DNA of 64,000 nucleotides from a bacterium (GCA_037444125.1 JBBINA010000003.1:3167-67166), one strand, 5' to 3'. Shown: positions 30,682-40,550, counted from the stretch's first letter. Notes: generated by a model not told the origin, from the letters alone. Made by a program: numbers and translations.

Positions 30682-32034
30682 TCACCTGCTCTTAGGAACG
30701 AATTCTGTGCGGGAAACGCCGTTAACGGCGAATTCATCGATCCAGAGTTTATTCGAGTTAACTTTGAGACATCCTGCGAAAGCAAATCGTGGGAAACAAG
30801 CTCCGCCTGGACAAAGCCCACGAATTCTTGTTGGGATTATAAGTTCATTCTCTTTAGAAAGCTGTACAATATAAGGATGGTTAAACTGACTTGTCTCGCC
30901 TCGGCCGATTTTCAACCAGATGCGCGGCGGATCCTCTTGATTAATGGTACAGCCGCCGGCAAAAGTTATTCTGACCTTATCGCCGGGCGAGAATCTAACA
31001 TCAATTTGCTTAATTTTCTCACCAAAATCATATCTTAACCAAGACATCTCGGGAGTAAACTCTCTATCAGGAGGGGGCGCGTCTCCGGGAACTGTAACAA
31101 CACTTTGTGCCCCCTGTAATTCCAGATAGAAATCAGTTATTCCCTGTGCCGCTTTTCCCAACCTGAAAGAACTAATCGCCGGCCAGACAAAATAAACAAA
31201 TCCACCAATGATACCCAAAATCAGCAACAGTCTAAACGCCTTATAGCTACTTTTTTCAAATGGTATTGCAATGCCAAAAATTAACAAGAGAAGTGTCCCA
31301 AGAATCATAAAAAAGAATTGAGGCTTATTTTCGGCGTACTTGACGACTGTCTCCAAAAAATCCTTTACACCGCTAAATCCTTGTTCCTGAACAATAAAGT
31401 AGCCTATAATAACGACACCGGCTGTTATAATCGCCAGCGTAAGAAATTTAAAAACTGATTTTTCCTCGCGTAGCAATACCAAAACCAAAACGCCAAAACC
31501 CAGAACAACTCCAAGTAAGATCCATTCTGAGGAAAGCTTGCTAAAAGGCTCTATCTGACGTAAATAGTAAAATCCTGCGCCAAGTAGCCCCAAAAATAAA
31601 ATCAGTATGGGAATGCCAAAAACTAATTCGGCAAAAGATCCACCTCTTCTAAACAAAAACCAAAACCCAGCTAACACAAGAATAACTATACCCGTAGCAA
31701 GAAGCTCTACTGGTCCGATATCCTGGGTAAATTTAGCGCTTTCGTTAATAATAAAACCAAGAATAGCGCTAAAGTTTAAGATGGCTATTATTAACCCTAC
31801 TAAGCTCAGGATAGTCAGAAATGTCTTTCCAACTGACCAAGTGCCAAAGTCAAGGATTGGACCCTTAAACTCTGGTTTAAACTCGCCCTTTTTAATAGTC
31901 ACTGTCTTGTCTAAAAACTTTTTTGCCGCAACAATGACTAAAGTTAAAACTACTAACCAAAAACCTGCGAAACCTAAAACATAAGGCACAAGAAATAACG
32001 CCACTAGGCCGATAACGATCCATCCAATATTCAT
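30682..32034 (-). CDS. polytopic membrane protein with a C-terminal Cys-containing beta-rich domain, hypothetical
   Basis: 450 aa. Its stop overlaps the downstream SPFH gene by 4 nt, so the two form an operon. Confidence 0.35.
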   Translation of the reverse strand: MNIGWIVIGLVALFLVPYVLGFAGFWLVVLTLVIVAAKKFLDKTVTIKKGEFKPEFKGPILDFGTWSVGKTFLTILSLVGLIIAILNFSAILGFIINESAKFTQDIGPVELLATGIVILVLAGFWFLFRRGGSFAELVFGIPILILFLGLLGAGFYYLRQIEPFSKLSSEWILLGVVLGFGVLVLVLLREEKSVFKFLTLAIITAGVVIIGYFIVQEQGFSGVKDFLETVVKYAENKPQFFFMILGTLLLLIFGIAIPFEKSSYKAFRLLLILGIIGGFVYFVWPAISSFRLGKAAQGITDFYLELQGAQSVVTVPGDAPPPDREFTPEMSWLRYDFGEKIKQIDVRFSPGDKVRITFAGGCTINQEDPPRIWLKIGRGETSQFNHPYIVQLSKENELIIPTRIRGLCPGGACFPRFAFAGCLKVNSNKLWIDEFAVNGVSRTEFVPKSR

Positions 32035-33299
32035 TCTTCTGCACCACCCTCCTCGTCTTTCTTGCCTAATTTACCTATTCCCTCACCTATACTGATAAGC
32101 CCTTCTTTCAGCCCGGGAATATTAAATATGGTCTCAGTGGCCTTACCTCGCTCAATTTTCAAGAGATCAGCAGCTTCCTTAGCTGTAAGCCCACGTCTCT
32201 TGTGCTTACTAATCTCCTCTGCAATAAATTCTTGCTCTGCCCTCTCCGCTTCGATTTGTTTAAGTTCTCTGTATCTTTTCTGTAAATCATCCTCAACTTC
32301 CTTATCAAACGATACATCACCAACAAAAGCTCGCACCACTTCAATGCCATAACGGCTTTCAGAATCAACCAGCTCTCCAGGAACAGGTCTACCTTGCTGA
32401 TCAGTGATTACATTACCATTCTCGTCAATCTGTTGTTCTTCAAAAAGATTTTGAATAGCCCGTTGCAGCTGGTTTCTATTACTCCGCACCCAGTCAGCAT
32501 CATGTTCAGCTACTGTATCTCGTAATGCCTCAAGAAATATATGAGGCAAAGTCTGTTTAAGCACCAACTGATCTATATTCAAAGCATTATAAGGATTGAT
32601 CACCCGATAAACAAATCCTACCTCAACAGCAACGCGGACACCATCATTTGTCAAAATAGGCTTCATCTCGGGAACTATATTATCAACCAGCTTTTCAGCC
32701 TGTTGATGTGCCATCTCCTGCTCTGATGTTTGTTCCGTAACTGTTGCCACAACACCCTGCTCAGTACTTCTACCCACCACACGGAAAATCTGATCAGTAA
32801 CATTGAACTTCTTCAATGACATAATACCCAAAGGCAAAGGTAAAAAAACTAAGCCTTGATGGTAAATAATTCTTTCCCGCCTTTTGAGAAAAAAAACCAC
32901 GGCACTTTCCAAGGGATCACTACTAATAAGTTGTAATACTTTATTTTCGCCGGTAAAATAGAAAAGGATAACTGCTATAACCGAAAGCCCCATTGCCGTT
33001 ATTTCAACATTAAAAGGTATAGCAGGAATCTTGCCAATTAAACTAACAAGAAAAAGCACCGTACAAAGAACAGAGCAAAATCCTAAAAATCCAGACAGCC
33101 AAGTATCTTCACCTCTGTTAAACACAATATAGCCGTTAAATCTATTACCGGGCTCGTTCACTAGATGCTCCTGATAGTTTCTATACGCCCAGCGGGCACA
33201 ATAAAAAGCACCAACCGCTAGCCCAACACTCACCAACCAGTCAAATATTCCTAACAAAACACCCATCGCTTTTCCTCCTTTACATTGATTCAGATTCAA
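32031..33299 (-). CDS. SPFH/band-7 domain membrane protein (HflK/flotillin-like)
   Basis: 422 aa. N-terminal TM helices, then an SPFH-like core (VRVAVEVGFVYRVINPYNALNID) and a charged C-terminal coiled coil (RYRELKQIEAERAEQEFIAEE). Confidence 0.45.
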   Translation of the reverse strand: MNLNQCKGGKAMGVLLGIFDWLVSVGLAVGAFYCARWAYRNYQEHLVNEPGNRFNGYIVFNRGEDTWLSGFLGFCSVLCTVLFLVSLIGKIPAIPFNVEITAMGLSVIAVILFYFTGENKVLQLISSDPLESAVVFFLKRRERIIYHQGLVFLPLPLGIMSLKKFNVTDQIFRVVGRSTEQGVVATVTEQTSEQEMAHQQAEKLVDNIVPEMKPILTNDGVRVAVEVGFVYRVINPYNALNIDQLVLKQTLPHIFLEALRDTVAEHDADWVRSNRNQLQRAIQNLFEEQQIDENGNVITDQQGRPVPGELVDSESRYGIEVVRAFVGDVSFDKEVEDDLQKRYRELKQIEAERAEQEFIAEEISKHKRRGLTAKEAADLLKIERGKATETIFNIPGLKEGLISIGEGIGKLGKKDEEGGAEE

Positions 33300-33459
33300 G
33301 TAACACCAACTATAAAAGAACTTGCTATTATTATACTATAACTACCGAAAAAAATCAAGAAAAATTTGGTATATATGCTACCGCGAAATATAATTTGTGG
33401 CTTCGGTTTTGAGTCAAAATGTGTTATTATAATATTGTGCAAAGAAAAAATTATCATAA

Positions 33460-33531
33460 GGGGGTATCGGTTAATTGGTAAACCACCGGTCTCCAAAACC
33501 GGGACTCCAGGTTCGAATCCTGGTACCCCCG
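33460..33531 (+). tRNA. tRNA-Trp (anticodon CCA)
   Basis: Acceptor stem GGGGGTA/TACCCCC, anticodon stem CCGGT/ACCGG with loop CTCCAAA, T-arm CAGG-TTCGAAT-CCTG. CCA is not encoded. Confidence 0.8.
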
Positions 33532-33765
33532 CATTAAAACTTCTTAAGTGCCGGTAAGATAAGTTTATATGTCCTACCCTATTAGATAAACCAAGACAAC
33601 AAAAAGATTAAATTAATATATTTCTTGTTCAATAACCAAAGCCCACAATTTTACGATATTCTGACATGCAAACCTTCAAAATATAACAAGATTGATTTAT
33701 TTTGAATATCTTCTGTGGAAAAATAATAATTAAGAAAGTTTTTTTATTTTTCTAATCTTTATAAT

Positions 33766-34812
33766 TTATAAGGCAAGATTTGGCTGCGCAAAAATGGCTT
33801 CTAGATTATTAGCATTTTTTTTCTTTTTCAAATACTTTAAATAACCAACATAGGCAATCATAGCAGCGTTGTCTTGGGTTAAAATTTTGTCAGGAAAATA
33901 TATTTTTATTTTTAAATTTTTGGCTTCCAATTCTTCTTTAAATAACTCTTTTAACCTATTATTAGCCGAAACTCCTCCAGCAACAAAAATGGTTTTTATA
34001 TCATATTTCTGGACGGCGGCAAGTGTTTTTTTTACCAGAGGCATCAAGGCCGCCTCCTGAAAATGCCAAGCAATATAAGAATTTTCAATATTTGTTTTTT
34101 GGCTTTTGATTTTATATAACACGGCTGTCTTAAGACCCGAATAAGAGAAATTAAAATTATTGGAATTAATCATTGGCGGCTTAAATAATAGCTTTGGTCT
34201 TTGATTTTTAATATTTGGCTTAAACTCTAAAGCTAGCCTTTCGATTTGCGGCCCGCCAGGGTATCCCAATCCCAAAAGCCGCGCCACTTTATCAAATGCC
34301 TCGCCACAAGCGTCATCTAAAGTACGACCTAAAACTAAATACTCACCAACTCCTTTAACAACCACAAGTTCAGTGTGGCCTCCAGAAACTAATAAACATA
34401 AAAATGGGAGATTAAATATTGGCCTTTCAAAAACATCATTTAAAAATGGCGAAAATAAATGTCCCTCAAGATGATTTACGGCAATTATAGGTTTTTGCCA
34501 TGAATAGCTTAAAAGCTTTGCTGCCACTATTCCCATTAATAAAGAAGGCCCTAACCCTGGCCCAACAGTAACAGCTATAAGACCAAGCGCTTCTTTTAGG
34601 TGCCTGTGCTTTTTTATCGCCTCTTCAATTAAAACGTAAAGGTTTTTCTCGTGGTAACGAGCCGCTAAATAAGGCACTACGCCTCCGTATTTAGCATGAA
34701 TTTTGACTTGCGATGATATAAGATTCAATAAATTAATAGGCACGCCACTATTTATCTCTACTAAAGCAATGCCGGTGTCATCGCAACTAGTCTCAATACC
34801 TAGAATCAACAT
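33766..34812 (-). CDS. tsaD: tRNA N6-adenosine threonylcarbamoyltransferase TsaD
   Basis: 348 aa: MLILGIETSCDDTGIALVE..., with the Kae1/TsaD ASKHA fold and His metal-binding residues. Confidence 0.85.
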   Translation of the reverse strand: MLILGIETSCDDTGIALVEINSGVPINLLNLISSQVKIHAKYGGVVPYLAARYHEKNLYVLIEEAIKKHRHLKEALGLIAVTVGPGLGPSLLMGIVAAKLLSYSWQKPIIAVNHLEGHLFSPFLNDVFERPIFNLPFLCLLVSGGHTELVVVKGVGEYLVLGRTLDDACGEAFDKVARLLGLGYPGGPQIERLALEFKPNIKNQRPKLLFKPPMINSNNFNFSYSGLKTAVLYKIKSQKTNIENSYIAWHFQEAALMPLVKKTLAAVQKYDIKTIFVAGGVSANNRLKELFKEELEAKNLKIKIYFPDKILTQDNAAMIAYVGYLKYLKKKKNANNLEAIFAQPNLAL

Positions 34813-34889
34813 AAATAATAAAAAAACATCTTATTATATTATACAATATATAACTAAGTTTTATAAAATTTTTAAGGACGCTTGGACTA

Positions 34890-34918
34890 TTGACAACTTT
34901 GAATTTGTTTCTTATTAT
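34890..34918 (+). promoter_or_regulatory. Near-consensus sigma-70 promoter TTGACA-N17-TATTAT upstream of the sigma-r4 domain gene
   Basis: -35 at 34890-34895 and -10 at 34913-34918, with the gene start at 34977. Confidence 0.45.
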
Positions 34919-34976
34919 ATTATATTCTTTATAATATTATAATATTATATTCTCAATTTAAAATCTAAAGCCATAA

Positions 34977-36020
34977 ATGTCTCTCAACATAAACACCCTC
35001 AGAAATATTTCCCTAAATATCCTCAATTCGCTCAATGACAAACAGCAAAATGTAATTAAAAAAAGATTTGCTATTGATGCCAAAGAACCTCTCACTCTAC
35101 AAGAAATAGGTAATGAATACGGCATCACACGCGAGCGAGTGCGCCAAATTCAAAATGAAGCTTTAAACAAGCTACGTCGCAACTCCCAAGTAATTGAACA
35201 AATAAAGAACCTGCATGACGAACTGCATGAATTTTTAGAAACACATGGCGGCCTAAAACACGAAGAAAAATTACTTGACTCATTCTTAACCGCGCATCTT
35301 AAAATACAAAAGCCAAAAGGTCTTTCAGGGTTCATCCACCTTGCTTTACATATTGGTCATCCCTACTTTAAAAATATTAAAGAGGATAATGAATTTTTTG
35401 CCCACTGGTATAATTTAGAAACGGCAGTTAAAAACGCGCGACGGCTCACAGAAGAAATGATTAACCGTTTTAATAAAATTAAGACAATTTTGCATTATTA
35501 TGATGTTATTGAGGAAGCTCGTAAAATTATTAAAGGTCTTTCGGAAAAAGCTATTATCTCATACCTTGAAATTTCAAAACAAATAAGCAGCAACACTTTT
35601 GGTTACTGGGGTTTGGCCGACTGGGAAGAAATAAGACAACGCGGCGTCAAGGGTAAAATATATGTAATTCTGGAAAAAGAAAGACGGCCAATGCATTTTC
35701 GCGAAATTTCTCAAATCATCAACAAACACTACCCCAAAAAAGTTAAAATACCGACAGTTCACAACGAACTTATCAAAGATGATCGTTTTGTTCTTGCCGG
35801 CCGCGGCACTTATGCACTTAGAAAATGGGGCTACGAAGATCTACCCGTCAAGGATGTGATTATTAAAATTATCCGAGAAAACAAAGGAAAATTATCCAAA
35901 GAAAAACTTATTCAAGAGGTTTTAAAAAGGAAAATTGTTAAACCAGAAACCGTTAAACTTAATATCAAAATGCTTAAAAACATCAAGGAAAAAGGCGACT
36001 TACTGAGCTTAATAGCCTAA
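34977..36020 (+). CDS. DNA-binding protein with an N-terminal sigma-70 region-4 HTH and a roughly 270-aa C-terminal domain of unknown function
   Basis: Residues about 20-70 (QQNVIKKRFAIDAKEPLTLQEIGNEYGITRERVRQIQNEALNKLR) match RpoD region 4.2. No regions 2 or 3 are present. Confidence 0.55.
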   Translation: MSLNINTLRNISLNILNSLNDKQQNVIKKRFAIDAKEPLTLQEIGNEYGITRERVRQIQNEALNKLRRNSQVIEQIKNLHDELHEFLETHGGLKHEEKLLDSFLTAHLKIQKPKGLSGFIHLALHIGHPYFKNIKEDNEFFAHWYNLETAVKNARRLTEEMINRFNKIKTILHYYDVIEEARKIIKGLSEKAIISYLEISKQISSNTFGYWGLADWEEIRQRGVKGKIYVILEKERRPMHFREISQIINKHYPKKVKIPTVHNELIKDDRFVLAGRGTYALRKWGYEDLPVKDVIIKIIRENKGKLSKEKLIQEVLKRKIVKPETVKLNIKMLKNIKEKGDLLSLIA

Positions 36021-36046
36021 TTTTATTCAGTTTATTCTTAATATAA

Positions 36047-37456
36047 ATGGCTCTTTTTGAAAAAATATTGCTATATGTAGTGGTTTTTTTATTTATCAGA
36101 ATTTTATATATCTACGCCAGAAATAAATTCATTGACATTAAAGAAACACAATTCCTGGCACAACGAAAATTTGCAGTTTTAGAAGTAATGATTCCTGCGG
36201 AGATTGAAAAAACGCCCCTAGCTATGGAAAATGTTTTTTCAATTATCCATGGAACGCTTATTGTGCCCGGACCAATTGATTACAATTTTTATGGCGTTAG
36301 AGAGTATTTATATGTTTTTGAAATAGTCGGACGCAATGGTTATGTTAATTACTACCTAAATGTACCTGTAGAGTATACTGAACTTGTTAAGTCAGCTCTA
36401 TATTCAAACTTCCCTACGCTGGAAGTAAAAGAAACCGAAGACTGGAAAAAAGACCTACCAACTTTTAAACCTGGGCAAAATATATATTTTAAAAATAATA
36501 CCAAATACCGCGTCAAAATAGGCGAATTAAAACTCATTAAACCTGATGCTTATCCTATTAAAACTTATTTGGATTTTGGCTTTAAGGAGAAATTTGTTGA
36601 TTTAGAAGAAGAAAGTAAAATATCTGACCCGCTGGCTAATGTCTTAGAAGCTATTGGTAGTGCCGGCAAAGACGAAATAATAGTATACCAACTATTAATT
36701 CAGCCAACCGCCGACGCTTGGAAAGAAGAAGGTCTAAAACTAAGAGATCAATTGTTGGGACGCAACCAACAAAAGAAAGCTACTGGCCTGAAGTATATCT
36801 TCAATGAGATGCTTAAAGAATTAAGATTATGGCTTACAGCCGCTATTGATAGATTTATGCATTTAGTCACTGGCGGCCATATAGGCTCCATCGAAGAACA
36901 AATAAAACAAATGCAGCAAGAAAAGGAACTATTCCCTCAAGCTCTAGCATTATCAAAGCGGGAAATGGAAGTTATTTATGCCATCGAACGCAATATTTCA
37001 AAACTTGGTTTTACCACTTGGATAAGACTAGGTTATATCGCGCCTAAGCAATCATATAATGTAGCTAAATATGAAAATTTGGTTTATTCTTTCAAACAGT
37101 TCAACAGCCAAGATTTAAATGGTTTTATGAGTAATTCTTATTTTAGCAGTGAAGTTGATATTCGACTGGGAGATTTGTTGGATTTTAAAACTCTTTATTA
37201 TATTTGGTGGAAACATAGAGGAATTATTGCACCTACTAATAAACGCAAACTAGATGCCTTACGACAATATAATCTTTTTACTCTTCTTTACAGAAAGGTG
37301 CCAGGCAAAAGAAAAATCGGTCACCGATCATTTGTTTTCAATACAGAAGAGTTGGCCACAATTTATCATTTTCCAACCAAAGGAATAGTAGCGCCATATA
37401 TTAAAAGAATTGAAGCAAAAAGAAAGAGACCGCCTCTTGGCTTGCCAACCGGTTAA
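36047..37456 (+). CDS. single-pass membrane protein, hypothetical, directly upstream of the HerA/FtsK-like ATPase
   Basis: 469 aa with an N-terminal TM (ILLYVVVFLFIRILYIY) and a large soluble domain with no recognised motif. Confidence 0.35.
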   Translation: MALFEKILLYVVVFLFIRILYIYARNKFIDIKETQFLAQRKFAVLEVMIPAEIEKTPLAMENVFSIIHGTLIVPGPIDYNFYGVREYLYVFEIVGRNGYVNYYLNVPVEYTELVKSALYSNFPTLEVKETEDWKKDLPTFKPGQNIYFKNNTKYRVKIGELKLIKPDAYPIKTYLDFGFKEKFVDLEEESKISDPLANVLEAIGSAGKDEIIVYQLLIQPTADAWKEEGLKLRDQLLGRNQQKKATGLKYIFNEMLKELRLWLTAAIDRFMHLVTGGHIGSIEEQIKQMQQEKELFPQALALSKREMEVIYAIERNISKLGFTTWIRLGYIAPKQSYNVAKYENLVYSFKQFNSQDLNGFMSNSYFSSEVDIRLGDLLDFKTLYYIWWKHRGIIAPTNKRKLDALRQYNLFTLLYRKVPGKRKIGHRSFVFNTEELATIYHFPTKGIVAPYIKRIEAKRKRPPLGLPTG

Positions 37457-37487
37457 GATTTTATAAATTAACTTCGTATTAATAATT

Positions 37488-39077
37488 ATGGCTGAACAAA
37501 TAACAATAATCGGGGCAACTGACTTTCGCGGCCAAAAAATAAAGTTCGGTATAAAAAAAGATGACCGTCGTCGCCATTTATATATTATTGGAAAAACTGG
37601 TATGGGTAAAACAACACTTCTTGAAAACCTGGCTATTCAAGATATACAAAATGGCAACGGTCTATGCGTGGTTGATCCGCACGGCGAATTCGCTGATAAA
37701 CTCCTTGATTATGTGCCAGCTAATCGCATAAAAGATGTCGTCTATTTTAATCCTTCAGACACTAATTACCCTATTGGCTTCAATGTTATGTCGACTGAGA
37801 ATCAAGAAGAGCGTTATCTTATCGCTTCGGGCTTAATGGGGGTTTTTAAAAAGATATGGCCTGATGTTTGGTCGCCACGAATGGAATATATTCTCAATAA
37901 TACTATTTTATCTTTATTGGAAATGCCCGGTATGACGCTATTAGGCATTAATAGAATGCTGGGCGAAACCGATTATCGAAAACAAATAATCCAACGTTTA
38001 AAAGATCCAGTGGTTAAAACCTTCTGGGTTAATGAATTTGCCAAATACTCGCCATCGTTCCAAACAGAAGCCGTAGCCGCTATCCAAAATAAGGCTGGAC
38101 AATTTATCACTAATCCTCTGGTGCGAAATATTGTCGGTCAAATGGAGAATAAAATTAACATGCGTGAAATAATGGACGGCCAAAAAATTTTAATTGTCAA
38201 TCTCTCTAAGGGAAAAATTGGCGAAGACAACTCCAGTCTTCTGGGCGGTATGATTATTACAAAACTACAACTAGCTGCTATGTCGCGAGTCGATACTCCA
38301 GAAAATCTGCGCAAAGACTTTTATTTATATGTCGATGAGTTCCAAAATTTCGCCACCGAGTCTTTTATTAATATTTTATCAGAAGCCCGAAAATACCGAC
38401 TTTGCCTAACATTAGCTCATCAATACATCGCCCAACTAACTGATAAGGGCGTCAATAAGAGTACAGGCGTGAGGGATGCTATTTTCGGCAATGTCGGCAC
38501 AATTATTTCCTTCAGGGTAGGAGGCGAAGATGCAGAGTTTTTAGAAAAAGAGTTCTTTCCCGAATTCACCAAATTAGATTTTGTAAATCTGCCAAAATAT
38601 AAAATTTATCTAAGGCTTATGATAGACGGTGTGGTTTCTAGACCATTTTCAGCTGAAACTTTGCCCCCTCTTCCCAAACCAACCAAAACTTACCGCAAAG
38701 AAATTATTGACTTTAGCCGCAAAACCTATGGAGTCGCCCGAGAAACCGTTGATGTATTTGTGGCTGAATGGATGAGTATAGAAAAACTAGATGATGAAAA
38801 AATAGAAAGAGCTTTTAAACAGCATGTTACCAAATTATATGATGCTGTCTGCGCTAATTGCCAGAAAAAAACCAAACTCATTTTTGAACCTCGTCCAAAT
38901 GAACCAGTTTTTTGCCGCAAGTGTTATAAAAATAAAGCCGAATCTAGTACCCGCAAGCCAACACAGCAAGCTAGAAAAAAACCTATACCAAAAACCACAG
39001 AAGAAGATCAATCTAAAACTCTTAAAAATCTTTTGTTAGAAGCTATTAAAATGAAAGGCGAAAAACCTAAACAATAA
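37488..39077 (+). CDS. FtsK/HerA-superfamily P-loop ATPase with a C-terminal zinc ribbon (VirD4/TraD-coupling-protein-like or HerA-like)
   Basis: 529 aa. Walker A IIGKTGMGKTT, a HerA-type VVDPHGEF motif, Walker B LYVDEFQNF, and a C-terminal CANCQ...CRKC zinc ribbon. No TM segment. Confidence 0.55.
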   Translation: MAEQITIIGATDFRGQKIKFGIKKDDRRRHLYIIGKTGMGKTTLLENLAIQDIQNGNGLCVVDPHGEFADKLLDYVPANRIKDVVYFNPSDTNYPIGFNVMSTENQEERYLIASGLMGVFKKIWPDVWSPRMEYILNNTILSLLEMPGMTLLGINRMLGETDYRKQIIQRLKDPVVKTFWVNEFAKYSPSFQTEAVAAIQNKAGQFITNPLVRNIVGQMENKINMREIMDGQKILIVNLSKGKIGEDNSSLLGGMIITKLQLAAMSRVDTPENLRKDFYLYVDEFQNFATESFINILSEARKYRLCLTLAHQYIAQLTDKGVNKSTGVRDAIFGNVGTIISFRVGGEDAEFLEKEFFPEFTKLDFVNLPKYKIYLRLMIDGVVSRPFSAETLPPLPKPTKTYRKEIIDFSRKTYGVARETVDVFVAEWMSIEKLDDEKIERAFKQHVTKLYDAVCANCQKKTKLIFEPRPNEPVFCRKCYKNKAESSTRKPTQQARKKPIPKTTEEDQSKTLKNLLLEAIKMKGEKPKQ

Positions 39078-39108
39078 GACCATTTTTATTAAGTATTTTT
39101 ATTAATTA

Positions 39109-39138
39109 TTTGAAAAATCAACCCAATATCAAGTATAA
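39109..39138 (+). promoter_or_regulatory. Sigma-70-like promoter TTGAAA-N18-TATAAT upstream of rplU
   Basis: -35 at 39109-39114 and -10 at 39133-39138, with the gene start at 39174. Confidence 0.4.
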
Positions 39139-39173
39139 TGTATTTCATAAAATAAATTACTAAATAAGTTAAT

Positions 39174-39515
39174 ATGTCAGACAATAAAGCAGCCGTAATC
39201 AAACTAGGCGGCCATCAATATTTTGTAGTCGAAAATCAAGAACTTTTAGTCGATAAAATTGGTAATTTGGCCGATAACAAAACCAAGTCGTTCAAAATAA
39301 ACGAAGTTCTGTTGATTAAAAACGACCAAAAAGTTATTGTCGGCAAACCATTAATTAAGGACTGTTATGTCGAAATCCAAAATTTAGGAGAACATAAAGG
39401 CAAAAAGGTCACTATTTTCAAAATGAAACCAAAGAAAAGATATCATGTTAAAAAAAGCCATCGTCAAAAATATTGGAAAATAAAAATTCTCAAAATTTCT
39501 GAGCCTAAAAAATAA
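39174..39515 (+). CDS. rplU: 50S ribosomal protein L21
   Basis: 113 aa: AVIKLGGHQYFV...KKVTIFKMKPKKRYHVKKSHRQKYWKIKI, the L21 signature. Confidence 0.8.
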   Translation: MSDNKAAVIKLGGHQYFVVENQELLVDKIGNLADNKTKSFKINEVLLIKNDQKVIVGKPLIKDCYVEIQNLGEHKGKKVTIFKMKPKKRYHVKKSHRQKYWKIKILKISEPKK

Positions 39516-39558
39516 AATAAATTTTGTTCAAACCTTAAACCAAATATTGCACCAAAAA

Positions 39559-39840
39559 TCACTCGGACTTTTCTTTTTCTAAAGACTGAGAAAAATGCTC
39601 ATTTATCAAGTCCTTAAATTCAGTCCAGCTAGCTACACCAGCTTCTTTAACCATTTGGTCTTTCTCTTCATCTGTAAAATACTGACCCAATTCTTCCCTA
39701 TCGCCTCCAAAAGCCTCCTCGGAAATTTTCGAAACTTTTCTTTTTAAAATTTCCATTGCTTTTTCTCTTAGGGCTTTACGCTTTTCCAATTCTTCCCGAT
39801 TAAATTCAGAATTTAATTTTTCTTCTTTAAATTCTTCCAT
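39559..39840 (-). CDS. hypothetical acidic coiled-coil protein
   Basis: 93 aa, E/K-rich, with no recognised motif. Confidence 0.3.
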   Translation of the reverse strand: MEEFKEEKLNSEFNREELEKRKALREKAMEILKRKVSKISEEAFGGDREELGQYFTDEEKDQMVKEAGVASWTEFKDLINEHFSQSLEKEKSE

Positions 39841-39904
39841 AAATAATACACCTCCCTTATTTATATATTAATAAATTATAAAAAAAAGCAACCAGATTAG
39901 CTCG

Positions 39905-40546
39905 CTATTTTGCAGATCGAAACTTAACCCTTCTTGTCAATGATTCTCTTAATGTTTCCTTATCAAAGTATTCAATTTCTCCACCAGAAGGAATACCGCG
40001 CGCTATCCTAGTAACCTTTAGTCCAAAAGGCGCGATAATTTCATTTAGAAAAAGCGCTCTTAGTTCTCCCTCGCGAGTTGGACTAAATCCAAGTATAATT
40101 TCAAGCTCATCTTTGGAATATTTACGTAGGAGACCCTTTATTCGCCTAAGTAGCTTCTTAATGTGAGGATTATTAGACCTACTAAGCTCTTTAATTGGAG
40201 CCTCTCCAATAATATGGTAAAGACCGTTATAGATTTTTAAACTTTCTATCCGTTCTAATTCTGATATTTTTTCTAGCACCATAACTGAAGTTTGTTTTCG
40301 TTCAGGTCTTTGGCAAATTGTACATAGAGCCTGACTAACAAAGCTGTTTTTTTTTGGAGCGACATTGGAACAAACAGAACAAACTGTTGTTTCCTTTTTT
40401 AATCTAGCTATTAAACGCGCTAATTCCTGCAATTTTTCTTCTTTCTCTTTTAATAAATAAAAAACGATTCTAGCCGCCTGACGCTTTGTTATATCCGGTA
40501 AGGCATCAAAAGATTCTATAAGTTGTTCGATGTGTTTTGGTAACAT
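39905..40546 (-). CDS. recR: recombination protein RecR
   Basis: 213 aa. N-terminal HhH, a C4 zinc finger (CSVCSN...CTICQ), then a Toprim domain. Confidence 0.75.
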   Translation of the reverse strand: MLPKHIEQLIESFDALPDITKRQAARIVFYLLKEKEEKLQELARLIARLKKETTVCSVCSNVAPKKNSFVSQALCTICQRPERKQTSVMVLEKISELERIESLKIYNGLYHIIGEAPIKELSRSNNPHIKKLLRRIKGLLRKYSKDELEIILGFSPTREGELRALFLNEIIAPFGLKVTRIARGIPSGGEIEYFDKETLRESLTRRVKFRSAK

Positions 40547-40550
40547 AAAT

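Noticed and set aside
33296-33557. Two small ORFs (33296-33496 minus strand and 33366-33557 plus strand) overlapping tRNA-Trp
   Set aside because: Both run across the tRNA gene and AT-rich intergenic DNA and have no coding-like composition. They are spurious.
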